Positions 35,801 through 45,787 of a stretch of 64,000 nt of DNA are shown here, in pieces. This DNA is from an uncultured Eubacteriales bacterium. GTDB taxonomy: Bacteria > Bacillota > Clostridia > Christensenellales > CAG-138. The stretch's first letter is position 1; every line of letters begins with the position of its first letter. The stretch covers positions 2,815-66,814 of the forward strand of contig UREK01000007.1 in the NCBI GenBank assembly GCA_900546845.1, read 5' to 3'. A model generated the notes under the pieces. It saw only the letters and a list, made by a program, of their open reading frames with translations, did not search any database and was not told the origin of the DNA. The position numbers were made by a program, and so were the translations under genes.

Positions 35801-35972
35801 GCGTTTCTCCTGTGGGGCATATTTTGGCGGATGTTCCCGATTCCTTATTAATTATAATGAAGGCGGCGGCGCGCGTCAACGCGGGGAACGCCTGTACAAA
35901 CCGGGGGAAACCATATATACTGTTGCTTGTCCGCGGGTGCTTTGAAGATCTTCCCGCGGGGAAGAGGTTCCT

Positions 35973-36734
35973 TTGGAAGCGTTCGTTTCGTATCTCATCG
36001 TATGCCCGCTCGTTTTCATCGCGGGCTTTGTGGACGCGGTCGCGGGCGGCGGCGGATTGATCTCCCTGCCCGCTTACCTGATCTCCGGCGTGCCGGTACA
36101 CATGGCGATCGGCACAAACAAGCTGAGCTCCGGCATGGGCACCGCCCTTGCGACGTTCCGCTACGCGAAGAGCGGCTACATCCGCTGGAAGCTCGCAGTG
36201 TTTTGCGCTGTCAGCGCTCTCATCGGCTCCTCCTGCGGCGCGGAGCTCGCGCTTTTAATCGGAGACGGCGTGTTCAAGCTCATCATGCTCGTGATCCTGC
36301 CGCTCGCGGCGGCCTATGTGCTGCGGGGCAGGGCGCTTGCGGGCGATGCGGAAAAAGAGCCGCTTCCGCAGGGAAAAACCATCGCCGTTTCGGTGGCGGT
36401 CGCGCTCACCGTCGGCGCGTACGACGGCTTTTACGGCCCCGGCACCGGAACGTTCCTGATCCTGCTGCTGACAGGGCTTGCGCACATGCGTCTCTCGGAG
36501 GCGAACGGCATCGCAAAGGTCATCAACCTTTCCACGAACGTCGCCGCGCTCGCGGTGTATCTTTTCAACGGCAAGGTGATCTTCCCGCTCGGCCTTGCGG
36601 CGGGCTGCTTTAGCCTTGCCGGGAACTATATCGGCACGCGCTTCTTCGCAAAGGGCGGCGCGAAGGCCGTGAAGCCCATCATCCTCATCGTGCTTGCGAT
36701 CTTCTTTGTGAAGGTGCTCACCGAGGTACTGTAA
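35973..36734 (+). CDS. TauE/SafE (TSUP) family anion exporter
   Basis: 253 aa, polytopic. Motifs GFVDAVAGGGGLISLP and GAYDGFYGPGTGTF. TTG start with an upstream SD. Confidence 0.8.
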   Translation: MEAFVSYLIVCPLVFIAGFVDAVAGGGGLISLPAYLISGVPVHMAIGTNKLSSGMGTALATFRYAKSGYIRWKLAVFCAVSALIGSSCGAELALLIGDGVFKLIMLVILPLAAAYVLRGRALAGDAEKEPLPQGKTIAVSVAVALTVGAYDGFYGPGTGTFLILLLTGLAHMRLSEANGIAKVINLSTNVAALAVYLFNGKVIFPLGLAAGCFSLAGNYIGTRFFAKGGAKAVKPIILIVLAIFFVKVLTEVL

Positions 36735-36779
36735 ATGCAAGGATTTATCTTTCACAGCTTAAAACCGCCCCGGCGGTTT

Positions 36780-36977
36780 AGGCTGTCGATAAAGTGTCAG
36801 ATGCCACTTTATCGAGGGATTCACGTCGCGCTTGCGCCGGTGGCGCGGCCAGCGCTCCGTGTAAAGAAAGCCTTGCGGCGCAAGGCTTTTCGCTCGCACC
36901 GCACAGGTCGCTGCTCGCGATCAAAAGTCAGGGGCTGCGGCCCTTGACAATCTCGGAGAGCCTTTTTTGACAAGCTG
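36780..36977 (-). mobile_element. MITE-like element, copy 3 (inverted orientation, more diverged), flanked by a 17-bp duplicated terminator hairpin
   Basis: The reverse complement aligns along the full length with copies 1 and 2. Flanks AACCGC(C/T)CCGGCGGTTT at 36763-36779 and 36978-36994; only the distal copy keeps the T-run. Confidence 0.6.
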
Positions 36978-37146
36978 AACCGCTCCGGCGGTTTTTTGTT
37001 TGCCAAAAAACGCGGTATGCGCGCGAACCCGGGGAAAGTTCCAAGAAGCGCATCGTATCCGCCCGAAAGGGATGCAAACGCCGCCCTTTTGTTGCATGAT
37101 GTTGTTGCCGGTATACGCGGCGACATGAATTGCGGGAGGCGGGAAG

Positions 37147-38232
37147 ATGTATTTGGATCTGTTGGGACGAAGGGCGCGGCGCGCGGCCGCGGCCGCGTTG
37201 GCGCTTCTGCTTGCGTGCCATATATGCGCGCTGGCACGCGCGGCGGAGCCGGGCGGGGTGGACGTGATCCTCCTGATGGACGCTTCCGCGATGACTGCGC
37301 TTTCCGGCGCAGCGGCGGAGGAGCCCTGGCTTGCCTGCCCATGCCTCAATCCGGAGCATTTTTATTTAAAGCCTGTGGCGGTGGATGCGGAGGAAGCTGC
37401 GGCGGGCGCAACGTTCCCGCGCGCAGCGCCGCTTGCCGCCGGGGAGGCGGCGGGCGCGGGAGAGCTTTCCGTTTATGATGAGGCGGTGGGCGCGTGGGTG
37501 GCGCTTTCCTTAGAACGGGAATACCGGTTTTGCCACAGCTTCCTTTCGGAGCCGGAGGCGCACGGCTGGCAGCCCTGGCGCTACCATTTTACGCAGGATG
37601 AGAACGGCGCGCCCGTGCGCATTGCGTGCAGCGAAGCGTGCGGCTGTTTTGGCCGGGAGCAGGCTGCGAAGGCGCTTGCCCGCATGCTGGCAGCCGCTGT
37701 GCTCGCGGAAAACGGGGAAAACCGCGTAGCCTTCTGCGCGTTTGGGGAGGCGGGTTCCTCCCGCTGGTCCTGCCCGCTGACGGGAACGCTCGCCGACGTG
37801 CTCGCCTGCATCGACGCAAGCCCGGTGCAGCGCGGCGGGGATCATGCGGCGGGCCTCGCCCGGGCGCTGCGGCTCCTGAACCGCCGCCCGCTTTCCGAAC
37901 GGATCAGGCGGCGCGCGGTCGTGGTCGTGCTCTCGGGCGGCGAGGCCTTCCCGGCGGGGAACGCGGCACGCGCGGTGCGCCTGGCGGATGCGCTCAAGGC
38001 CCGAAGGGGCGCGGAAACGCCCGCGGTGTTCGGCACGGCGCTTGCGCCGGAGGAACGCCGGGGCTGTGGGGCGGAGGTGATCGTCCTTGGCTTTTGGGAC
38101 GGCGGGAGCGCCCTGCTTGACGCGCTTGCCTCCGGACCGGATGCCCGTTTTTGCATGGAGGATCCCGCGGCGGCAGAAGCGGCGGCTGCCGCTGTGCTGG
38201 AACGGGCGATGGAGTCCGCCCCCGGCATATAA
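37147..38232 (+). CDS. secreted vWA-like domain protein (tentative)
   Basis: Signal-like N-terminus. VDVILLMDASAMT (partial MIDAS DxSxS) and VVVVLSGGE motifs. Very Ala-rich with several overlapping shadow ORFs, so confidence is moderate. Confidence 0.5.
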   Translation: MYLDLLGRRARRAAAAALALLLACHICALARAAEPGGVDVILLMDASAMTALSGAAAEEPWLACPCLNPEHFYLKPVAVDAEEAAAGATFPRAAPLAAGEAAGAGELSVYDEAVGAWVALSLEREYRFCHSFLSEPEAHGWQPWRYHFTQDENGAPVRIACSEACGCFGREQAAKALARMLAAAVLAENGENRVAFCAFGEAGSSRWSCPLTGTLADVLACIDASPVQRGGDHAAGLARALRLLNRRPLSERIRRRAVVVVLSGGEAFPAGNAARAVRLADALKARRGAETPAVFGTALAPEERRGCGAEVIVLGFWDGGSALLDALASGPDARFCMEDPAAAEAAAAAVLERAMESAPGI

Positions 38233-38299
38233 AAAGAAAACCGGCCGGAGCAGCAGCCCTGGCCGGTTTGTAATTCGTTTTGGTTGAAACGGGAGTGTG

Positions 38300-39706
38300 T
38301 CAGGCGGAAATGCCGCCGTTTGCAAGCCAGGTGCCCTTGCGGTAATAGTACAGCGCGAGCAGGCCGCGCACGCATAGGTCGCTCGCCATGGCGATCCAGG
38401 CACAGGTGAGGCCAAGGTCCGTGGTATGCAGGAGCAGGAGCGCAAGCGGGATGCGCACCACCCACATGCCGGCGAGCGCGATCACAAAGGTGATCTTCGT
38501 CTGCCGTGCGCCGCGCATGATGCCGGATACGACCATCGAAAGCGCGGAGAACGGCTGGGCGAGCGCCTCGATGCGCAGCACTGCGCCGCCGAGGGCGATC
38601 ACCTCCAGATCCGGCGTGAACAGCGAAACCAGGAACTGCCCGCTGAAGAAAAGCACCACGCCCATGGCGGTCATGAAGAGCACGGCGCCGAGCGTGCAAT
38701 AGCGCCCAAAACGCTTCGCAAGCGCGGGGCGTTCTGCGCCGAGGGATTGGGCGATGAGCGTCGTTGCCGCGGCGGAAAAGCCGAACGCGGGCATATAGGT
38801 GATGGATTCCGCGGTGTTGGCGAGGCTGTGCGCGGCGAGCTCCGCCGTGCCGAGCGCCGTGACCATAGCGGTAACGGCCACCTGCCCGAGCGAGATCGTC
38901 ACGCGCTCGAACGTGACCGGGGAGCCAAGGCGCACCATGTCCTTGAAGATCGCCTGGTCGAAGCGGAATTTGTCCTTCAGGCGGATGGAGACGGGGAACG
39001 ACGGGCGGAACAGCGCGCTCAGGAGCATGATGCCGGAGAAGGCTGTGGCAATCGCTGTGGCGGCGGCCGCGCCGCGCACGCCCCAGCCTGCGCCCCACAT
39101 TGTAAAGCTAAGGCCGAACAGGTTCACGGTGCGCGTCGGGAAGATGAGCAGCGTGTTGAGCACCACGTTGATGACGTTTGTGGCGATGTTGAACACGAGC
39201 GGCGTGCGCGTGTCGCCCGCGCAGCGCAGGATATTGGAACATACGTTGATGGAAAGGGTGAACAGGTACACGGCGCTCACAATGGCGATATACGCCGAGG
39301 CGTCCGCACGGATCGCTTCTTCCGCACCAAGCCAGACGGGCAGGTGCGGTGCGAGGAACTGCATGATGAGCGTTGAAAGGAGGCCGAAGCCGAGGATCGC
39401 AAGCACGGATTGGCGGACAACGGCTTTTGCCTGCTCCGGCTTGCCTGCGCCGATATAGCGGCCGACCGGAACGCCGAAACCAAGCGCGATGCCGGAAAAA
39501 ATGCCGCCCATCAGCCAGGTGAACGAAGAGGTCACGGCGATGGCGGCGGTCGCGTTTTTGCCGAGGGAACCCACCATTGCCGTGTCCACATATTGTACGA
39601 TCATGATGAGAAGCTGTTCAAGGACGGTCGGCCATGCCAGCCGCCAAATGATGCGCGTCGGGTGCATGCTTTCATCAAGCACGTCGACGGTACGGCCCAA
39701 ACCCAT
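38300..39706 (-). CDS. MATE family efflux transporter
   Basis: About 12 predicted TM segments. N-terminal IIWRLAWPTVLEQLLIMIVQYVDTAMVG pattern. Start uncertain (ATG 39706 or 39667; ORF open to 39829). Confidence 0.8.
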   Translation of the reverse strand: MGLGRTVDVLDESMHPTRIIWRLAWPTVLEQLLIMIVQYVDTAMVGSLGKNATAAIAVTSSFTWLMGGIFSGIALGFGVPVGRYIGAGKPEQAKAVVRQSVLAILGFGLLSTLIMQFLAPHLPVWLGAEEAIRADASAYIAIVSAVYLFTLSINVCSNILRCAGDTRTPLVFNIATNVINVVLNTLLIFPTRTVNLFGLSFTMWGAGWGVRGAAAATAIATAFSGIMLLSALFRPSFPVSIRLKDKFRFDQAIFKDMVRLGSPVTFERVTISLGQVAVTAMVTALGTAELAAHSLANTAESITYMPAFGFSAAATTLIAQSLGAERPALAKRFGRYCTLGAVLFMTAMGVVLFFSGQFLVSLFTPDLEVIALGGAVLRIEALAQPFSALSMVVSGIMRGARQTKITFVIALAGMWVVRIPLALLLLHTTDLGLTCAWIAMASDLCVRGLLALYYYRKGTWLANGGISA

Positions 39707-39923
39707 GTGTGAAGGCATCCTTTCCATGTGGCGTTTTTGCGTGTTGGCAGGCTTTATCTTACCACTTAAAGCCCGCTTCAAGTCAACCCCGCAGGCGCTC
39801 CGGGCACTGCGGCGGAATCGTGAAAACATTGCAACATATCGGATTATAACGAAAACGGAGGATTGTGTAAAGACGGAGGGTCAATTATAATATTTAGAAA
39901 ATAATGGGATAGGAAGCATCGCT

Positions 39924-41258
39924 ATGGATCTGTTTTCCGGAAACGCAGGAAAGCGTGCGCCGCTTGCGGACCGCATGCGCCCGCGCACGCTGGATGAATT
40001 TATCGGCCAGGCGCACATCGTCGGCAAGGGCCGCCTGCTGCGCCGGGCGATCGAGACGGACAGCCTCACAAGCTCCATTTTTTTCGGCCCGCCGGGCTGC
40101 GGCAAAACCACGCTTGCAAACGTCATTGCCAACCAGACGGGCGCGCGCATCGCAAAGCTTAACGCCGTCACCGCCGGGGTGAAGGAGGTGCGCGCCGTCA
40201 TAGACGAGGCGCAAAACACCCTTTCACTGTATGGCCAGAGCACCTACCTTTTGCTGGACGAATGCCACCGCTGGTCCAAAACCCAGAGCGACAGCATCTT
40301 GCCTGCGCTCGAGAGCGGCGTGATCCGCTTTATCGGCTCCACGACGGAAAACCCGATGGTCTCGATGACGGGAGCGGTCGTCTCCCGCTGCCGCCTGTTC
40401 CAGTTTTATCCGCTCACCACGGAGGATGTGGCGCAGGCCATGCGCAATGCCCTTGCGGACAAGGAGCGCGGGCTTGGCAATTATAATGTAGAGATCGAGC
40501 CGGAAGCGTTCGAGCACATCGCGCGCATCGCAAACGGGGACGCGCGCAGCGCCCTCAACGCGCTGGAGCTCGCTGTGCTCACTACACCGCCCGAAAACGG
40601 CGTGATCCGCATCGACCGGGAGATCGCGGCGGAGTCCGTGCAGCAGAAGGTCGTCAAGTGCGACGACCAGCAGTTTTACGATATGCTTTCCGCTTTCTGC
40701 AAAAGCCTACGGGGCGGGGACAGCGACGCGGCGCTCGCCTGGTTTGCCCGGCTGATCTACGCGGGCGTGGACCCGCGCGTTATCGCGCGCAGGCTCATCG
40801 CCCATGCGTCGGAGGACATCGGCCTAGCGAACCCGCAGGCCATGGTGCAGGCCGTGAGCGCGGCGACGGCGCTCGAGCACATCGGCATGCCGGAGGCGAA
40901 GCTGCCGCTCGCGCAGGCGATCATCTTCCTGTGCGAAAGCCCGAAATCCAACGCTGTCGTCATGGCGATCGACGCGGCGTTTGCAGACGCGAAGGACGTG
41001 CCGGACGAGCCTGTCCCCATCCATTTGCGGGATACAGCTTTCCGCGGCGCGGAAAAGCTCGGACACGGCAAGGGGTACAAATACCCGCACGATTATCCCG
41101 GCCACGTAGTGGCGCAGGAATATATGCCGCCTTCGGTGAAGGGCCGGCGGTACTACATCCCGGGCGAGCTCGGGAACGAGGCGAAGATCCGCCAGAACCA
41201 CATCCGCAGCGGCAAGCTCAAAACGCCGGGAGGGGAACCGGCAGAAAAGAATGAATAA
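39924..41258 (+). CDS. rarA: replication-associated recombination protein A (AAA+ ATPase)
   Basis: 444 aa. LADRMRPRTLDEFIGQ, Walker A GPPGCGKTT, LLLDECHRW, and a MgsA C-terminal domain (FYDMLSAFCKSLRGGDSDAALAW). Confidence 0.9.
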   Translation: MDLFSGNAGKRAPLADRMRPRTLDEFIGQAHIVGKGRLLRRAIETDSLTSSIFFGPPGCGKTTLANVIANQTGARIAKLNAVTAGVKEVRAVIDEAQNTLSLYGQSTYLLLDECHRWSKTQSDSILPALESGVIRFIGSTTENPMVSMTGAVVSRCRLFQFYPLTTEDVAQAMRNALADKERGLGNYNVEIEPEAFEHIARIANGDARSALNALELAVLTTPPENGVIRIDREIAAESVQQKVVKCDDQQFYDMLSAFCKSLRGGDSDAALAWFARLIYAGVDPRVIARRLIAHASEDIGLANPQAMVQAVSAATALEHIGMPEAKLPLAQAIIFLCESPKSNAVVMAIDAAFADAKDVPDEPVPIHLRDTAFRGAEKLGHGKGYKYPHDYPGHVVAQEYMPPSVKGRRYYIPGELGNEAKIRQNHIRSGKLKTPGGEPAEKNE

Positions 41259-41273
41259 GGAGGAAAAAGGGAT

Positions 41274-42662
41274 TTGATCGAGAAACGGATCGCACAAAAC
41301 GTACTCGCGGCGGCGCTCCAGACGGGCGGCGATTACAGCGAGCTCTACATGGAGGATACGGAGCAAAACAGCGTATCCATGGTGGATGGCAAGGTGGAAA
41401 ACGCGCAGTATACCCGCCGCAGCGGCGCGGGCGTGCGCGTGCTCCAGGGCGGCAAGAGCGTATACGCCTATTCCGCGGACACAAGCGAAGCGGCGCTCAT
41501 GGCGGCAGCCCGCGCGGCCGCGGCGGCGCTTTCCGGCGCGAAGGAATGCGAACCGCAGGCGTTTTCCGTGACGCGGGCCTGCGCGCAAGCGCCGGAAGCC
41601 CCCTATTCCACGGTGGACAACGCGGCGCGCATCGCGCTTTTGCGCGACGGTGTGAAGGCTGCGCGCGCCAATTCGGACGAGATCACGCAGGTGACGGCAA
41701 ATTACGTCGACGTGGATCAGCGCGTGCTCATCGCCACGAGCGACGGCGTCTGGGCGGAGGACAGGCGGCCCCGCGGCCGCGTGAGCTTCAACGCCGTCGC
41801 CATGAAGGACGGCGAGGCACAGACCGGCGCGGTCAGCCCCGGCCGCGGCGAGGGCTTTGAACAGTTCCGCAAGCTGGATATGGCCGCCCTCGGCAGCGAA
41901 GCGGCGCGCATGGCGGCGACTATGCTGCACGCGCCGGATTGCCCGGCGGGCTTCGTGCCGGTGGTGATTGACGGCGGCTTCGGCGGCGTAATCCTGCACG
42001 AGGCCTGCGTGCATTCCCTGGAGGCGACGAGCGTCGCTAAGGGGAATTCGGAATTTTGCGGCAAACTTGGCCAGAAGATCGCAAGCGATGTTGTGACCGC
42101 TGTGGATGACGGCACGATGCCCGGCGAGTGGGGCTCCCTCCATGTGGACGACGAGGGCATGCCCACGCAGCGCAACGTGCTCATTGAAAACGGCGTGCTC
42201 AAAAGCTACCTGGTGGATCTGCTCGGAAGCCGCCTCATGAACCACCCGCGCACGGGCAGCTCCCGGCGGCAGGGATACACCTATGCACCCACCTCGCGCA
42301 TGACGAACACCTTCTTTGCACCCGGCACGGACGATGAGGAGGAGATGCTGCGCACGATGGGCGAGGGCCTTTTTGCCAAAGCGATGGGCGGCGGCAGCGT
42401 GAACCCGCTCACGGGCGAATTCAACTTTGCCGTGCGGGAAGCCTATTGGGTGAAGGACGGCAAGATCTTCTGCCCGGTGCGCGGGGCGACGCTCGTCGGC
42501 CGCGGGGCGGACGTGCTGATGCAGATCGACCGCATTGGCAGGAATATGTGGATGAGCCCGGGCATGTGCGGCTCCCTTTCAGGCAGCGTACCGACGAACG
42601 TGGGCCAGCCGCGCATCCGCGTGCGCGGCATCACTGTGGGCGGAAAAGGAGGCAAGCTGTAA
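41274..42662 (+). CDS. tldD: TldD family metalloprotease
   Basis: 462 aa. HEACVHSLE (HExxxH) motif and a GNSEFCGKLG region. TTG start. Stop overlaps the pmbA ATG (TAATG). Confidence 0.85.
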   Translation: MIEKRIAQNVLAAALQTGGDYSELYMEDTEQNSVSMVDGKVENAQYTRRSGAGVRVLQGGKSVYAYSADTSEAALMAAARAAAAALSGAKECEPQAFSVTRACAQAPEAPYSTVDNAARIALLRDGVKAARANSDEITQVTANYVDVDQRVLIATSDGVWAEDRRPRGRVSFNAVAMKDGEAQTGAVSPGRGEGFEQFRKLDMAALGSEAARMAATMLHAPDCPAGFVPVVIDGGFGGVILHEACVHSLEATSVAKGNSEFCGKLGQKIASDVVTAVDDGTMPGEWGSLHVDDEGMPTQRNVLIENGVLKSYLVDLLGSRLMNHPRTGSSRRQGYTYAPTSRMTNTFFAPGTDDEEEMLRTMGEGLFAKAMGGGSVNPLTGEFNFAVREAYWVKDGKIFCPVRGATLVGRGADVLMQIDRIGRNMWMSPGMCGSLSGSVPTNVGQPRIRVRGITVGGKGGKL

Positions 42663-43993
42663 TGGACTTCAATCAATTCAAGGAAAAGGCGTTTGAAACC
42701 GCGCTTGCGAAGGGCTGCGACGCGGCGGAGCTGTATTTTGTGGAAGGCGATTCCTTCCTGGCGATGGTGCTCGAGCAACAGCTCGACTCCTACTCCGTTT
42801 CTCGGGAGCGCGGGCTGAACCTGCGCGTGCAGCTTGCGGGGAAGAACGGCTATGCGTACACCGAAAGCCTCGAAGCGCCGGAAACGCTTGTGCTGCGCGC
42901 GATGGACAATGCCCGTGCGATCGAAAACGAGGATGACCACCCCATGCAGGGCAAATGTGAATACCAGGCGCTTCCGAAGCGGGAATGCCGCGTGGATACA
43001 GCCTCTGAACGGGAGAAAATCGAGCTTGCGATGGCCCTTGAGCGGGCTGCAAAAGCGCAGGATCCGCGCATTGCGCGCGTGATGCGCAGCGCCGTGGGCA
43101 GCGTGAGCGCGGTGACGCGCATCTGCAACACGCTGGGGCTTGACGCCGAAGGCGAGGAGCGCGTGGCGTATTCCTACGTTGTGCCGGTCGCCTCTGCGGA
43201 GGGGCAGGTGAAGGATGGCTTCGCATTCCGCGTGGATGACGGCGTGTTCGATGTGGAGGGCTGCGCCAAGGAAGCCGCCGCGCGCGCGGTGGAACAGCTT
43301 GGCGGCGCGCCCGTGCCGGCGGGGGAATACCGCATCCTGTTTGAAAACCAGGCGATGGCGGATCTGCTCGCAGCGTTCTCGCCGATGTTCTCCGCGGATG
43401 CGGCGCAAAAGGGGCTCTCCCTGCTCGCGGGCAAGGAAGGCGAGACGATCGCCGCGCCCTGCGTTACCATATTGGATGATCCGTTCCATGCGGTGAACCC
43501 GCGCGCGTTTGATGCGGAAGGCGTACCCTGCGCGCAGAAAGCCGTGGTGGAAAGCGGCGTGCTCAGGACGCTGCTGCACAACCTGAAAACGGCGAAGAAG
43601 GCGGGCGTGGCATCCACCGGAAACGGCGGGCGGGCGGATACTGCCGCGCCGGTCGGCGTGATGCCGACGAACTTCTATCTGAAGGCGGGGGCGGAAGATT
43701 TCGACGCGCTCGTTGCAAGGCTCGGGGACGGCGTCATCATCACGGATGTGAGCGGCCTGCACGCCGGGCTCAACACCATCTCCGGCGAGTTTTCGCTGCT
43801 TGCCTCCGGCAAGCTGGTGGAGGGCGGTAAGGTGGTGCGCGCGGTGGAACAGATCACCGTGAGCGGTTCCTTCCTCTCGCTGATGCGCGGCGTGGAAGCC
43901 GTGGGCAGCGACCTGCGCTTCGGCCTGCCGGGCGGCTCCTGCTTCGGCAGCCCGAGCGTGCTTGCCGGGAAGCTGACGGTCTCCGGAAAATAA
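42662..43993 (+). CDS. pmbA: PmbA/TldE family protein
   Basis: 443 aa from ATG 42662. TldD/PmbA fold pattern (LNTISGEFSLLASG...ITVSGSFLSLM). Paired with tldD. Confidence 0.85.
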   Translation: MDFNQFKEKAFETALAKGCDAAELYFVEGDSFLAMVLEQQLDSYSVSRERGLNLRVQLAGKNGYAYTESLEAPETLVLRAMDNARAIENEDDHPMQGKCEYQALPKRECRVDTASEREKIELAMALERAAKAQDPRIARVMRSAVGSVSAVTRICNTLGLDAEGEERVAYSYVVPVASAEGQVKDGFAFRVDDGVFDVEGCAKEAAARAVEQLGGAPVPAGEYRILFENQAMADLLAAFSPMFSADAAQKGLSLLAGKEGETIAAPCVTILDDPFHAVNPRAFDAEGVPCAQKAVVESGVLRTLLHNLKTAKKAGVASTGNGGRADTAAPVGVMPTNFYLKAGAEDFDALVARLGDGVIITDVSGLHAGLNTISGEFSLLASGKLVEGGKVVRAVEQITVSGSFLSLMRGVEAVGSDLRFGLPGGSCFGSPSVLAGKLTVSGK

Positions 43994-44017
43994 AGGAAAT
44001 ATTTGACGAAACAATGC

Positions 44018-44058
44018 GCAGGAGCGCGTTCCCCGCGCTCCTGCTCCCCTTTTCTTTT
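44018..44058 (+). terminator. intrinsic terminator after pmbA
   Basis: GCAGGAGCGCG / CGCGCTCCTGC stem followed by TCCCCTTTTCTTTT. Confidence 0.75.
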
Positions 44059-44085
44059 GACATCGCGCGGAACGGGACGTATAAT
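44057..44085 (+). promoter_or_regulatory. consensus sigma-70 promoter for the CarD-like gene
   Basis: TTGACA (44057-44062), 17 nt spacer, TATAAT (44080-44085). Confidence 0.65.
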
Positions 44086-44172
44086 TAAACTAGAGACAAT
44101 CTATGTTCCGTTTGGCGGCTTGCTGTGCTTTCAACTCTGTGCGATGGATTTCAAAGAAAGGAAGGGGGAACC

Positions 44173-44640
44173 ATGTTTCAGGTCGGAGACCAGGTGTGTT
44201 ACCCGATGCATGGCGTTGGCGTAATTGAAGCGATTGAGGAGCGGACGGTGCTCGGCGTCCCGGCGCAATACTATGTGCTGCGCTTCCTCGTTGGAAAGAT
44301 GACGGCGCTGGTTCCCGTGGAAAGCGCGGAGCGCATCGGCCTAAGGTATATGATCTCGGCGGAGGAATGCGAACGCGTGCTTCAGTTCCTGCAGGAGAAA
44401 CCCCGCCTGGAGAACGGCAACTGGAATAAGCGTTACCGCGAGAACTACGACAAGCTGCGCGGCGGCAATATTTATGACGTTGCAGACGTTGTAAAATGCC
44501 TGTGCAAACGGGATGAAGAGAAGGGCCTTTCCGCAGGCGAGCGGAAGATGCTGTCCGGCGCTCGCCAGGTGCTTTTGGCGGAGCTTGCGGCGGCGAGCGG
44601 CCGCGATGTAGAGGAGCTGTCCCTCACAATCGGCATGTGA
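44173..44640 (+). CDS. CarD/CdnL family transcriptional regulator
   Basis: 155 aa from ATG 44173. MFQVGDQVCYPMHGVGVIEAIEERTVLG..QYYVLRF RNAP-interaction (Tudor-like) domain. Confidence 0.85.
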   Translation: MFQVGDQVCYPMHGVGVIEAIEERTVLGVPAQYYVLRFLVGKMTALVPVESAERIGLRYMISAEECERVLQFLQEKPRLENGNWNKRYRENYDKLRGGNIYDVADVVKCLCKRDEEKGLSAGERKMLSGARQVLLAELAAASGRDVEELSLTIGM

Positions 44641-44695
44641 GCTCTTCCGGGATTTTGCGCCGCGACGCGGCGCGCAAAAAAGGAGTGTGACTTTA

Positions 44696-45787
44696 TTGGC
44701 TAGAAAGATCGCGCGCTGGTTTGCGACGCTTCTTGGCATCGTGATCGGCATCGGGATCGTGGAAGCGGTCAACCAGATCTTTGTTTCTTTGGGCATGATG
44801 AGCATGTATGACAGGCTGATCCCCTGGGTAATCCCGGTGATCTTCATCGCGTCGGGGCTGATTTGCGGCATCATTACTTTTATTTTTTCCCCGCGCCTGA
44901 TCTCCGTGTTCGCGGCCTTCATCCACGAGACGGAGGCGATGCTTGCCGACATGGCGCTCGTGGATATTTTTTTCGGCGTAGTCGGGCTCATGATCGGCCT
45001 TGTGATCGCGTTCCTCGTGAGCACGCTGACGGCGAGCATCCCGTTCAGCTGGCTGCGGCTGATCGTTAACATCGCGCTTTATGTGATGTTCGGCTATCTG
45101 GGCTGGTCGATCGTGACCAAGCGCAAGGGGGAGATCAACATCCCCTCTTGGTTCAAACGCGGGCAGAAGGACAAAACGGGCAAGACCAGCGGCGTTGCGC
45201 GGCCGAAGATCCTCGATACTTCCGTTATCATCGATGGGCGGATCGCGGACATCTGCCGCACGGGCATCATCGAAGGGACGCTCATCGTGCCCGGGTTCGT
45301 GCTGCAGGAGCTCAGGCACATCGCGGACAGCGCAGATCCTTTGAAGCGCAACCGCGGCCGCCGGGGGCTTGATATCCTCAACAAGATGCAGCAGGAGCTA
45401 GACGTCCCCATCAAGGTGAATGAAACGGATTATGACGACATCGCCGAGGTGGACGCAAAGCTCATCAAGCTCGCCTACGACATGGGCGGCGTGGTCGTGA
45501 CGAACGATTATAACCTCAACAAAGTGGCGGGTGTGCAGCGGGTGCCGGTGTTCAACATCAACGAGCTTGCCAACGCCATAAAGCCCGTCGTGCTTCCGGG
45601 CGAGGAGATGATGGTGACGATCGTCAAGGAAGGCAAGGAGGCCGGGCAGGGCGTGGCCTATCTGGACGACGGCACGATGATCGTCGTGGACGGCGGGCGC
45701 AAGCGCGTTGGCGATGCGGTGGAGGCCGTGGTGACGAGCGTGCTGCAAACCTCCGCCGGGCGGATGATATTTGCGAAGATCAAATAA
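44696..45787 (+). CDS. PIN/TRAM domain membrane protein (YacL-like)
   Basis: Four N-terminal TM helices, a PIN domain (ILDTSVIIDGRI...VTNDYNLNKVA) and a C-terminal TRAM-like segment. Start TTG 44696 is preferred over GTG 44687 on SD spacing. Confidence 0.8.
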   Translation: MARKIARWFATLLGIVIGIGIVEAVNQIFVSLGMMSMYDRLIPWVIPVIFIASGLICGIITFIFSPRLISVFAAFIHETEAMLADMALVDIFFGVVGLMIGLVIAFLVSTLTASIPFSWLRLIVNIALYVMFGYLGWSIVTKRKGEINIPSWFKRGQKDKTGKTSGVARPKILDTSVIIDGRIADICRTGIIEGTLIVPGFVLQELRHIADSADPLKRNRGRRGLDILNKMQQELDVPIKVNETDYDDIAEVDAKLIKLAYDMGGVVVTNDYNLNKVAGVQRVPVFNINELANAIKPVVLPGEEMMVTIVKEGKEAGQGVAYLDDGTMIVVDGGRKRVGDAVEAVVTSVLQTSAGRMIFAKIK

